Part shown: positions 18,884-28,372 of the stretch, one piece after another
Layout of the letters: each line of letters begins with the position of its first letter
How positions within the stretch are numbered: position 1 is the stretch's first letter
NCBI GenBank assembly: GCA_027023305.1
Contig: JALVVR010000017.1
Location: 27,836 to 91,835 of the forward strand
DNA: 64,000 bases
DNA from: Campylobacterales bacterium
Lineage (GTDB): Bacteria; Campylobacterota; Campylobacteria; Campylobacterales; QNZT01
Reading direction: 5' to 3'
Notes under the pieces: generated by a model
Database searches by the model: none
The model's input: the letters and a program-made list of their open reading frames with translations, nothing else
What the model was told of the DNA's origin: nothing
Made by a program: the position numbers and the translations under genes

Positions 18884-18971
18884 AAACTACTTTTAAACAA
18901 TCAATAAAACTTTCATTAATATTACTTAGATAAAATCATTATAAATTAAATTATTATTTAACGGAGATTTT

Positions 18972-19256
18972 ATGATACCATTTTCAGATGAAGAACTTAG
19001 ACCGGTAGTAGAACAATCACTAGAAAAAGTAGCACCTATGTTAGCCCTTGATGGTGGAGGATTACAACTGCTTGATATAAAAAATGGAAAAGTTTTTGTT
19101 CAACTTCAAGGAGCATGTACGGGATGTAGTGCAAGTGGCCAAACTGTAAAGTATGGTATAGAAAGACAACTTAGGATGGATATACACCCAGAGATTGAAG
19201 TTGTAAACATAGCACCTGGTATGGAGAGTATGATTGAAGAAATCGCAAACAGCTAA
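18972..19256 (+). CDS. NifU-like Fe-S cluster assembly protein (Nfu C-terminal domain type)
   Basis: 94 aa. DGGGLQLLDI...GACTGCSASGQT. Confidence 0.85.
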   Translation: MIPFSDEELRPVVEQSLEKVAPMLALDGGGLQLLDIKNGKVFVQLQGACTGCSASGQTVKYGIERQLRMDIHPEIEVVNIAPGMESMIEEIANS

Positions 19257-19818
19257 AGTCTTTAACAGATATAAAAAACTAGCAACAGAACTTTTTGAGA
19301 GTGAAAAGTTTGATTTATCTCTAAAGTTTTACTCTTTAGCCCTCAAGTGTGATTCTAGTGATATAGACTCAAAAGTAGGAGCATTGCTTAGTGATTATGC
19401 ACATGAAGACTCTCTTGATGCTCTTTCACTATATGATTACTATATCTCATCCATAGAGTTAGGAGAACCTAAAGAGTTAGTATTAGAAAATATCCTTCAA
19501 ATGATAAAACAAGAAAACAGTTTTTTTGATGAGTTAGCAAACTCAATAGAAGAGTTTTCACAATCTATAGAAAACGGTATAGAGTATAAAGACTTCATAC
19601 TTATAGCTAAAACCAAGCCCAACATGAGAGTAGCACTAGAAGATTTGATGTTTAGCTCAAAACTTATCATAAACAACAAAGAGGATATGATGAATTTCAT
19701 CGAACTTCTATATGAGTATAATTTCAAAGATGAAGCTATGATTTACTTAGAAAATGCGATAAACATCTTCCCTGATGACTACTTTGAAGATAAGTTTAAA
19801 AAATTTTTACACCAATAA
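19234..19818 (+). CDS. Hypothetical protein (helical, possibly TPR-like); start uncertain (TTG)
   Basis: Long ORF with no competing frame. The TTG start overlaps nfu by 23 nt. No motif recognised. Confidence 0.5.
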   Translation: MKKSQTAKVFNRYKKLATELFESEKFDLSLKFYSLALKCDSSDIDSKVGALLSDYAHEDSLDALSLYDYYISSIELGEPKELVLENILQMIKQENSFFDELANSIEEFSQSIENGIEYKDFILIAKTKPNMRVALEDLMFSSKLIINNKEDMMNFIELLYEYNFKDEAMIYLENAINIFPDDYFEDKFKKFLHQ

Positions 19819-19827
19819 AGGTAACCC

Positions 19828-21105
19828 TTGAAGATAGAGATACAAAATAAACCATATAAATATATAACAGACAACTCACAAGAAGTTGATGAAAATACAG
19901 CCTTTTTTCTTTGCAAACAAAATAAAAAGTACAAACAAGATAACTTTAAGCACATAGTTACAGTTGAAGAGTTAAAAGAGATATACAATTTAAAAGATAT
20001 AAAAATTGTAGGTATAACTGGAACAAATGGCAAAACAACAACAGCAGCTGCCTTATATTCGTTTTTACTTGATTTAGGATATAAAGTAGGCTTTCAAGGT
20101 ACAAGAGGACTTTTTATAAACGAAGAAAAAATAGAAGGTAAAACCCTTACAACCCCACTTATCTTCAACACTCTAAATCATATAAAAGAGGCAAAAGACA
20201 AAGGTTGTGAGTTCTTTATCATGGAAGTAAGCTCTCATGCAATTGAGCAACAAAGAATAGAGGGATTGGACTTTGAGTTAAAAATATATACAAATCTAAC
20301 TCAAGACCACCTAGACTATCACAAAACTTTTGAAGAGTACAAAAGAGTAAAAGAAAGTTTTTTCCTAGATGAAAGTAAAAAACTGATAAACAAAGATGCC
20401 AAAAAAATAAACTTCAACATAAAAAATGCCTTTACCTATGCCCTAGATGCTCCAGCAACCTATAATGTAACAGCATACACTCTAAAAAATGGTATCTCAG
20501 CAGCCATAAGACACTTTGGAGAACTAGAAAGCCTATACTCTAGCTTGCAAGGAACTTTCAATGTTTACAATCTCCTAGCAGCAGTAGCATCTGCACAAAT
20601 CTTAACAAATAAACCACTAAAAGAGATTTGCGAAGTAGTAGAAAACTTCGCAGGAGTAAGTGGCAGGATGGAAGTAGTAAGCGAACAACCACTAGTGATA
20701 GTTGATTTTGCTCACACTCCAGACGGTATGGACAAAGTCCTAGACTCTCTCAAAGATAAGCCTATAAGCTTAGTCTTTGGAGCAGGAGGAGATAGAGACA
20801 AATCAAAAAGACCACTCATGGGAAGAGTAGCAAACAGATATGCAAAAAAAATCTACCTAACAAGCGATAACCCAAGAAGCGAAAACCCACAAACTATCCT
20901 AGATGAGATAGCTCTAGGAATAGACAAAAAAGAGAAACTAAAGCTAGTAGAATCAGATAGAAAAAAAGCTATAGAAGAAGCTTTTAATCAACTTGAAAGT
21001 GATGAAATATTAGTTATCCTTGGAAAAGGAGATGAAGATTATCAAGAGATAGATGGAGTTAAGTATCCTTTTGATGATAGGGAAGTTGTGAGAGATTTAT
21101 TATAA
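19828..21105 (+). CDS. murE: UDP-N-acetylmuramoyl-L-alanyl-D-glutamate--2,6-diaminopimelate ligase
   Basis: ITDNSQEV, GITGTNGKTTT, DNPRSE and others. TTG start. Confidence 0.92.
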   Translation: MKIEIQNKPYKYITDNSQEVDENTAFFLCKQNKKYKQDNFKHIVTVEELKEIYNLKDIKIVGITGTNGKTTTAAALYSFLLDLGYKVGFQGTRGLFINEEKIEGKTLTTPLIFNTLNHIKEAKDKGCEFFIMEVSSHAIEQQRIEGLDFELKIYTNLTQDHLDYHKTFEEYKRVKESFFLDESKKLINKDAKKINFNIKNAFTYALDAPATYNVTAYTLKNGISAAIRHFGELESLYSSLQGTFNVYNLLAAVASAQILTNKPLKEICEVVENFAGVSGRMEVVSEQPLVIVDFAHTPDGMDKVLDSLKDKPISLVFGAGGDRDKSKRPLMGRVANRYAKKIYLTSDNPRSENPQTILDEIALGIDKKEKLKLVESDRKKAIEEAFNQLESDEILVILGKGDEDYQEIDGVKYPFDDREVVRDLL

Positions 21106-21119
21106 GCTAATACAATTAC

Positions 21120-21148
21120 TTGAAAATAGATAATATTTTAGATATAAT
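21120..21148 (+). promoter_or_regulatory. Near-consensus promoter of the HTH/STAND/orphan/HipA operon
   Basis: TTGAAA (21120-21125), 17 nt, TATAAT (21143-21148), 28 nt upstream of ATG 21176. TAGATA is repeated in the spacer. Confidence 0.55.
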
Positions 21149-21175
21149 ACCTTACAAATACTAAAAAGGTCTAAT

Positions 21176-21448
21176 ATGTTATCTTTTTTACCAAAAACCC
21201 CAAGTGATATACAACAAAATTTAAAAACTAACTTCAAACAAAAAAGAAAAAAACTTGGCTTCACTCAAAATGACCTTGCCGATCGCTCAGGAGTAAGTTT
21301 AGGCTCACTAAAAAGATTTGAAAACAAAGGACAGATTTCTTTAGAATCACTTCTAAAGTTAGCTTTGGTTTTGGAGTGTTTGGAGGAGTTTAGAGCTTTG
21401 TGTAAGGTGATGGAAGTTATGCCTGATAGTATAGAGGATTTGTTGTGA
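21176..21448 (+). CDS. XRE-family HTH protein, HipB-like
   Basis: 90 aa. LGFTQNDLADRSGVSLGSLKRFENKGQISLESLLKL. Confidence 0.85.
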   Translation: MLSFLPKTPSDIQQNLKTNFKQKRKKLGFTQNDLADRSGVSLGSLKRFENKGQISLESLLKLALVLECLEEFRALCKVMEVMPDSIEDLL

Positions 21449-24400
21449 GCTTAAATAATGCCCATGAAGGTTATGATTATCAAGATTTATTAACAAGCTA
21501 TTTTATATTAAAAGAGATACTGTTAGGAAATAGAAATAGTATTTTTTCTATTGATAAAAAACACACAATAGGAAATGACGTCCCTGATAGATTTGATGAT
21601 TTAGTTATTACTAATGGTTCAAATATTCAACGCAAACAAATTAAATATAGTAATGATACTGTTGCTAGAAAACTTATAAAGAATGACTTCTCGAATGATA
21701 GTAAAGGTTTAGCACTTTATGAAATTTATAAATCATGGAATGAGTTAAACACTACTAATAGTGAATTTAGGCTTTGTTTAGCATGGGATGAGCCAACGGC
21801 TGACAATATTAAAAGAGTTTTAGTTCCCTTTGCTGTAGAATCTTCATTTCCAAACTTTGCTACAAAGTTATATAGAATTAACCTTGACAATTTATGGGAA
21901 GAAAATCCTGAAAAGTTTAATCGTTGGGATAGTCTAAAAAAATTTGTTCAAAAGAATGATATTAATAGAGATGATTTTAAACTTTTTTGTGATTCCTTAG
22001 TTATTGAGTTAGAACTTCCCAAAGCAAGTTTAAAATTTAATGCACCAAATGATTTAGAAAATATTTTGGTTCAACAAGCTGAAAAATTAGGCATTGGTCA
22101 ATACCCAAATGATGATATTTATATTAGTGATTTTTTAGAACGATTAGCAAAAAAAGTTGGAGAATATAGAACAAGGTCAGCAGAAGTAACAGGAGAAGAT
22201 ATATTAAAAGATTTAAGAATTAAAACAGATTTTGGAAAAATTGAACAAAAGTTTGAGATAGACCAAACCAAAAATATAAAATCAAATAATAAATATACTT
22301 TTTTTCAAACTAAAGTTATAGAAAATAAAAAGACTTTACTTATTGGAGAGCCTGGAAGTGGTAAGTCTTGGTTTTTGACAAACTTTATTGAGTATTTAGA
22401 GAAAAATTCTAAGAAAGTTATACGACATTATTGTTTTACAGATACAGAAGATGAACTTATAGAAAAAAGAGTAAGTTCAGATGTCTTTTTTGGAAACTTA
22501 ATAAGTGATATTCTAAGAAAATTCCCTAAATTAAAAAAAGAAAACTTAGTAGCAAATTTAGATGAATTAAATGTGTTACTTTCAAATGTAGAGGATGAGC
22601 TAATCATCATTATTGATGGCTTAGACCATATTGAAAGAGTATTGAAAAGCTCATCTACTTTATCAGAAAGTAAAACAATGATTATTGAGTTTATATCTCA
22701 AATAGTTTTACCTAATAATATATATATTATTTTGGGTTCTCAACCTGTGGATGAAATTCGTGTTTTAATTGATGATTTTGACTATGTAGACCATAGGTTG
22801 ACTAAATGGAATATGGAAGATGTGATAGAACTGATGAATAAATACTCTTTAGAAGATAAATTATTAGAAGATAAATTATTGTCAGAGTATCTTTTTGAAA
22901 AAAGTGAAGGGAATCCTCTTTATTTGACTTATGTTATTAAAACTTTAAAGAATCAACCAATAACGATAGAGTTAATTAATGAATTACCTCAGTATGATTT
23001 TAATCTTAAAAAGTATTATGAATATTTAACTTCTCAAATGGATAATAATTTAACATCAGAGATATTGTCTTGTTTGAATTTTTCTATAAATATAAATGAA
23101 TTAGAGAATATAAACCCACAAAGCCACCATATAGAAAATGATTTAAAAACTTTATCTCCTATATTAAATGAGAACTTTTTAAGAGGTGGGATTAAGCTTT
23201 ATCATGATAGTTTTAGAAGATATAATATAGAAAAACTAGAAGAGAACGATGGACTGCAAAATATTTATAAACTTATTACTAAATGGTTAAAAAAACAAGG
23301 TTTTTATAAAAGTGATAAAGCATATAGATATTTATTGGGTTATTATATAAAAATAGATAAATTTAAAAAAGTTAAAAAATATGCGACTAATGATTTTTTA
23401 ACAAAAAGTTTATATCATGGATATTCTGAAAGTATAATCAATGTGAATTATAATAATTTTTTATATGTAGCTAAAGAAACACAAGATTGGTCTCTCTTTA
23501 TTTATCTAAGTGAACTTAATAGAACTATGCAATCTACTTTAAGTGATTCATATAATGAATTTGAAGAGAAGTTTGAACTATATTTTGAAGCTATTGGTTT
23601 AATATATGGATTTGAAAAAGCTAATAAAATTTTATTTTTTGATGGTAAGCAGAACTTTAGTGATGAATTAATTGTAAAAGCTTTTTACATCTCTCAAAAA
23701 AATGGTTACATACCTAATTGGAGAAAAATAGAGTATTATTTTAAGAATGAAATTTCATTAGAAAATTTTAGATATTTTATTGCGTATTTGATTGCCCTCA
23801 ATAAACTTGATGATAATGTAAGAAAGAATAGAGTTTATTTATCTACAAATTTAGATTATTTGAAAATACTTGTAGAAGAAGTATATTATTTAGAAGGATT
23901 TGAAAAAATATTATCTCTTTATGAACAAAACAAATGTAGTCGTAAAGATATTATTGTCAATAAAATAAATCAAATTTTAGATAATACAAATTGTACACAA
24001 AGAATTTTAGTTGAAAATCAAATGCAACATTTATGTTTACCTCTTTTAAATTTAGATTTTGTTGATGAATATATTGAAGAAGGAGTTTTAGATAATTTTT
24101 ACTATTTGGTAAAACAATATAGTAGCTATAACTTATATGCATTAGAAGAGTTTGAAAAAACTATACTATCAAATAATTTCTTTTATAATTGGTTAAAGTT
24201 TCTTATTAGGAATTTCATTATTGAAGAAAAAATCAATCAAAATAAATTTGCAAATTATAAATCTGTAGAAAAAAAAATTATTGAAAATTTTAAATTTTTA
24301 TCTAGTGATATTGACCCATATAAAGGGAAACCAAGAGTTATAGATTTTACATATAAAAATGGACATATAATAGATAGAAGTATAGAGCAAGGACTAAAAT

Positions 24401-26199
24401 ATATACAATCTAAAAAAAGTTGGTCTAAAGTTGTTGATTATTTAAATTTTATTCCTTATAACACTATAGCTATTATAGAAGAAAAATATATTAATAATAA
24501 AAATATTAAATTTGTTATTGATTCATATAAATATTTTGATGATTCAGAAGATGAATACTATAGTTCATATTTAGAGTATAAGTTAAAAAAAGCTATTTAT
24601 TATTCAAAAGTAGAAAAGAAGAAAAAAGCACGAAAAAATTTGTTACAATCAATGAGATTAATTACAAGTTATACTTTTAGAAAAGATACAACTTTAGATG
24701 AAATTCAAAGCCCTATAGAGTCATTAAAAGTACTTGATAAACAATTTGCTTTAAAGTATATAAAAAAACTATTACCACTAAATATTGCTGTTCAAAATCA
24801 TAGTGAAGATGGTAAAGGTATTAGATGGTTATATATTGATTGGTTTAAATTTTTTTTAGAAGTTAATCAAAAGAAAGCTTCAATTTTTCTAATAAATAAA
24901 TTATTAGAAGATGAATATTTTTGGAAATATGAATTTATGTTTTCTGCTTATTTAAAAAATTCAGATGATGTGAATCCTATAATTTTAAATTATTTATATA
25001 GACTAATGCCAACTTTTATTAGGGATGATGCTATCGCTTCAAATTACATCTCTTCATTTTCAGACAACATATATAAAATAATTGATAAAGATGAAAAAAT
25101 AGCGAGACAATCATTTGTAAATATTTTAGAAAGAGATTTAAATAACCATCGTGATAAACCATCAAATAAGAGTATAAAAAAACTTCAAGTATTAAAAAAT
25201 ATTTTAAATGTATCTATACCTATCCAAAAATCAAAAAAAGAAAAAGCTACTCCTTCTACTTTTGGAGAAAAAAACTTAGAAGAAAAATTAACAATACAAT
25301 ACGGTATTACCGAATCATTAAAAGAAAAAAATCTTGAACAGATAAATGAGTATTTTGATAAACAAGATAGAAATTTGATGAATAAAGATTTAATTTTTTT
25401 ACTATACTATTTTAATGAAAAAAATGATGATGAATTGATTGAAAGTATTTTAGAATCATTGATTACTAGCAAACTTATAGGAGATAAAAATTATTATGAA
25501 AAGTTAAGAGGATTAGTTAATCATATAAGATGTTCAGTTGGACTAAAAACATATCTTTTAGTGAAAATATTTGTATTTTCTCAAGGTGGTTGGTTTGAAA
25601 ATTTTCTAAATAAAGATGCCTTAAAAGACGCAGTCAAGTTAGACGGAAAACTAGCATTATTCTATTTATCTCAAGAACTTTTTGAGAAATTTAAAACTAT
25701 ATACTATTACTCTCAAAGTACATCAAACTTGATTATAGCTTTTGAGTATGCAGGATTAAAGAAAAAAGATATTTTATCTATGTATAAGAGAGGATTTGAG
25801 TCCATAGAGTATAGATTACCAGGTGATTATGATTTTCATTGGAATAGTATAGAAGATAAAAAAATGAAAGATATGTCTGATGATGAAATAGCAATTGTCA
25901 TAATCTTGGTCAAATCTAAAAATATGGATGCTTTAGTTCAAAAAGAAGTTTTATCAGCAATCAATTATTTATTCAACTACAATGAAACTCTATTAATTAA
26001 ACCCTTGCAATGGTTTTTTGAAAACATTAATCACTTTCCTCATATATCTATAGCGAGTATATTAGAGTTATTTTTAATTTATGTAGATGAGAAGCAAGTT
26101 TTTTTTCAAACACTAAAAAATGATATCTCAAAGGTTAGAAGATTAAGTAATTTATATATCTCAAACTGTTTGAAGAAATTAATTGGGAGTATTAAATAA
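21445..26199 (+). CDS. 1584-aa protein: N-terminal DUF4297/Cap4-like PD-(D/E)xK nuclease signature, a STAND (NACHT/NB-ARC-like) P-loop NTPase, and a long helical C-terminal region; Avs/bNACHT-like architecture
   Basis: GTG start overlaps the HTH gene stop (GTGA), with an AGAGGA SD. Motifs: GYDYQD (aa 9-14), FDDLVI...QIKYS (aa 50-68), GEPGSGKS (aa 301-308), LIIIIDGLDH (aa 386-395) and SEGNPLYL. Confidence 0.75.
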   Translation: MSLNNAHEGYDYQDLLTSYFILKEILLGNRNSIFSIDKKHTIGNDVPDRFDDLVITNGSNIQRKQIKYSNDTVARKLIKNDFSNDSKGLALYEIYKSWNELNTTNSEFRLCLAWDEPTADNIKRVLVPFAVESSFPNFATKLYRINLDNLWEENPEKFNRWDSLKKFVQKNDINRDDFKLFCDSLVIELELPKASLKFNAPNDLENILVQQAEKLGIGQYPNDDIYISDFLERLAKKVGEYRTRSAEVTGEDILKDLRIKTDFGKIEQKFEIDQTKNIKSNNKYTFFQTKVIENKKTLLIGEPGSGKSWFLTNFIEYLEKNSKKVIRHYCFTDTEDELIEKRVSSDVFFGNLISDILRKFPKLKKENLVANLDELNVLLSNVEDELIIIIDGLDHIERVLKSSSTLSESKTMIIEFISQIVLPNNIYIILGSQPVDEIRVLIDDFDYVDHRLTKWNMEDVIELMNKYSLEDKLLEDKLLSEYLFEKSEGNPLYLTYVIKTLKNQPITIELINELPQYDFNLKKYYEYLTSQMDNNLTSEILSCLNFSININELENINPQSHHIENDLKTLSPILNENFLRGGIKLYHDSFRRYNIEKLEENDGLQNIYKLITKWLKKQGFYKSDKAYRYLLGYYIKIDKFKKVKKYATNDFLTKSLYHGYSESIINVNYNNFLYVAKETQDWSLFIYLSELNRTMQSTLSDSYNEFEEKFELYFEAIGLIYGFEKANKILFFDGKQNFSDELIVKAFYISQKNGYIPNWRKIEYYFKNEISLENFRYFIAYLIALNKLDDNVRKNRVYLSTNLDYLKILVEEVYYLEGFEKILSLYEQNKCSRKDIIVNKINQILDNTNCTQRILVENQMQHLCLPLLNLDFVDEYIEEGVLDNFYYLVKQYSSYNLYALEEFEKTILSNNFFYNWLKFLIRNFIIEEKINQNKFANYKSVEKKIIENFKFLSSDIDPYKGKPRVIDFTYKNGHIIDRSIEQGLKYIQSKKSWSKVVDYLNFIPYNTIAIIEEKYINNKNIKFVIDSYKYFDDSEDEYYSSYLEYKLKKAIYYSKVEKKKKARKNLLQSMRLITSYTFRKDTTLDEIQSPIESLKVLDKQFALKYIKKLLPLNIAVQNHSEDGKGIRWLYIDWFKFFLEVNQKKASIFLINKLLEDEYFWKYEFMFSAYLKNSDDVNPIILNYLYRLMPTFIRDDAIASNYISSFSDNIYKIIDKDEKIARQSFVNILERDLNNHRDKPSNKSIKKLQVLKNILNVSIPIQKSKKEKATPSTFGEKNLEEKLTIQYGITESLKEKNLEQINEYFDKQDRNLMNKDLIFLLYYFNEKNDDELIESILESLITSKLIGDKNYYEKLRGLVNHIRCSVGLKTYLLVKIFVFSQGGWFENFLNKDALKDAVKLDGKLALFYLSQELFEKFKTIYYYSQSTSNLIIAFEYAGLKKKDILSMYKRGFESIEYRLPGDYDFHWNSIEDKKMKDMSDDEIAIVIILVKSKNMDALVQKEVLSAINYLFNYNETLLIKPLQWFFENINHFPHISIASILELFLIYVDEKQVFFQTLKNDISKVRRLSNLYISNCLKKLIGSIK

Positions 26200-27065
26200 T
26201 GTTTGAAAGAGTAAAAGATACAATTTTGAGAAATGATTATATTTCCTATTTAAAACATTTAGGTATTGATACAAGTGAGATTTTTGGTAATATTCAAAAT
26301 AGACTAGATGATAAAAATTTATTTTTTATTTTTGAAAATAGAAGTCATAGTATGCTTTCACCTAATGTAATTCTTGAAAATATAGTTTTTGAAGAAGTGA
26401 ATAAATATTTGTATTCTAATGATTATGATTCAAATATTTTTAAAAGAGATATAGAGATAGATATAAAAACCTTGATAGCCTCTCAAAACTCTATAATAGA
26501 AAGACCTAAAATAAAAAAACCATCTGAATTAGAAGAGGGATTTAAATCTGAGTTAGAAAATGAAAATGGATTTATCCGTATTGCAAGATTTGAAAATGAG
26601 ATGATAGAAAAAGATAATGGATGGGAAAGACAAGGACAAACTATAGTATTTGAAGGTTTAAGTATTTTTAAAAAAAATAGTCCTTTTTTTGAAGGATTAC
26701 CATCATCATTAATTTGGGACAATGCTTTATATTATCCTAATAATCCATTTATTATTTGGTTTGGAAAGAAATTTAATAGTATTGAAGCAAATAATATTTT
26801 ATGGATAAATAGTCTATTGCAAAGTGATTTGGGACTGATATTAGATGATTTTAATCATGGACTTCAAGCTTTAAATGAAGTAAATGAAGTTGTATTGAAA
26901 TTTAGACAATGGAGAAGTGATTTAATTGATAATGGTGCTTCATTAGATTCTAATATTGCTAAGTTAGAGGGATGTGATTTAATATTGAGGGAAGATTATT
27001 ATGAAAGACTAAAAGCGATGATTCCTGATATAAAATTTTTTTGTAAGAAATTGGACTTAAAATGA
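26199..27065 (+). CDS. 288-aa protein of unknown function, translationally coupled on both sides
   Basis: TAATG overlap with the upstream gene and ATGA overlap with hipA. GGGAG SD. No motif recognised. Confidence 0.7.
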   Translation: MFERVKDTILRNDYISYLKHLGIDTSEIFGNIQNRLDDKNLFFIFENRSHSMLSPNVILENIVFEEVNKYLYSNDYDSNIFKRDIEIDIKTLIASQNSIIERPKIKKPSELEEGFKSELENENGFIRIARFENEMIEKDNGWERQGQTIVFEGLSIFKKNSPFFEGLPSSLIWDNALYYPNNPFIIWFGKKFNSIEANNILWINSLLQSDLGLILDDFNHGLQALNEVNEVVLKFRQWRSDLIDNGASLDSNIAKLEGCDLILREDYYERLKAMIPDIKFFCKKLDLK

Positions 27066-28285
27066 TATCTAACCAAACCATCTACCTAAACACCAACAAA
27101 ACCCAAAAACTAGGAACCATAGCCCAAAAAAACAATAAAATATACTTCGAATACGATAAAGATTTCTTAAAAACAAAACTAGAAATCTCTCCATACAAAC
27201 TACCACTAAAATCTGGTTTATTTCGTTGTGATGACAACACTTTTGATGGGATTTGGGGTGTTTTTGCTGACTCTTTGCCTGATGGTTGGGGAAGATTGCT
27301 TATGGATAGACATCTTTTAAAACTTGGGATTAATCCTCACTCACTTTCTCCTTTGGATAGATTAGCTTATGTTGGTAGTGATGCTATGGGGGCTTTGAGT
27401 TATGAACCATCACTAGAGATAAAATCAGAGTTACAAGATATTATACTAGATGATTTATCAAAGAGTTCTAAAGAGATTTTAGAGGGAAGTAGTGAGCTTT
27501 TAGTTGAAGAGTTACTTAGTCTAAATGGCTCTTCATCAGGAGCAAGACCAAAGGTTTTGGTGCAAATAAGTGAGGATTTAACCAAGATAGTACACGGCAA
27601 GTCTAAGTTAAAAGAGGGATTTAGTTACTGGATAGTGAAGTTCGCTTCTAGTGTTGATTCTTTTGAAGTAGGAGCGATTGAGTATGCTTACTCACTTATG
27701 GCAAAGGATGCTAGGCTAATTATGCCAGATTCTACTTTGATAGAGGGAAAATATGGAAGATATTTTGCGATAAAAAGATTTGATAGAGTTGGGAGTAAAA
27801 GAGTTCATATGCACTCAGTTGCTGGACTTACTCATAGTGATTTTAGGTATCCAACGATTGATTATGATGATTTACTTACTTTAACATTTCATCTTACAAA
27901 AGATTTTAAAGAGGTAGAAAAAATGTTTAGACAAGCAGTTTTTAATCTTTTTACAAACAACAGAGATGACCATGCTAAAAACTTTTCATATCTTTTGAAT
28001 GAAAGTGGAGAGTGGAAACTATCTCCTGCTTATGATTTGACATACTCTAGTGGAGTTGGTGGAGAGCATAGCACTATGTATTTGGGAGAAGGAAAAAATC
28101 CAACTGTTTTACATCTTGAAAAGTTAGCTAAAAAACATCTTATAAAAAATGCTCCACAAATAATAGAAGAGGTAAAAGACTCTGTTTCAAAATGGAAGTA
28201 TTTTGCAAAAGAGGCAGGAGTTAGTAAAAATAGTATAAATCAACTTTCAAAGCTATTTAAGACTCATTTTCTCCCAAATTCCTAA
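27062..28285 (+). CDS. hipA: HipA-family Ser/Thr kinase toxin
   Basis: 407 aa. DSLPDGWGRLL, SSGARPKVL, NRDDHAKNFS and LSPAYDL. Confidence 0.9.
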   Translation: MISNQTIYLNTNKTQKLGTIAQKNNKIYFEYDKDFLKTKLEISPYKLPLKSGLFRCDDNTFDGIWGVFADSLPDGWGRLLMDRHLLKLGINPHSLSPLDRLAYVGSDAMGALSYEPSLEIKSELQDIILDDLSKSSKEILEGSSELLVEELLSLNGSSSGARPKVLVQISEDLTKIVHGKSKLKEGFSYWIVKFASSVDSFEVGAIEYAYSLMAKDARLIMPDSTLIEGKYGRYFAIKRFDRVGSKRVHMHSVAGLTHSDFRYPTIDYDDLLTLTFHLTKDFKEVEKMFRQAVFNLFTNNRDDHAKNFSYLLNESGEWKLSPAYDLTYSSGVGGEHSTMYLGEGKNPTVLHLEKLAKKHLIKNAPQIIEEVKDSVSKWKYFAKEAGVSKNSINQLSKLFKTHFLPNS

Positions 28286-28372
28286 AATTTAATAAATTAT
28301 TAATCTTTCCTTGTTACAATACCGAGATTTTAATAAATAGCCTAATTATAGGTTAATAATAAGGGGAAAATT

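Noticed and set aside
28286-28372. A terminator for the hipA operon.
   Set aside because: Only a 4-bp CCTA/TAGG stem could be found. That is not enough to call a terminator.
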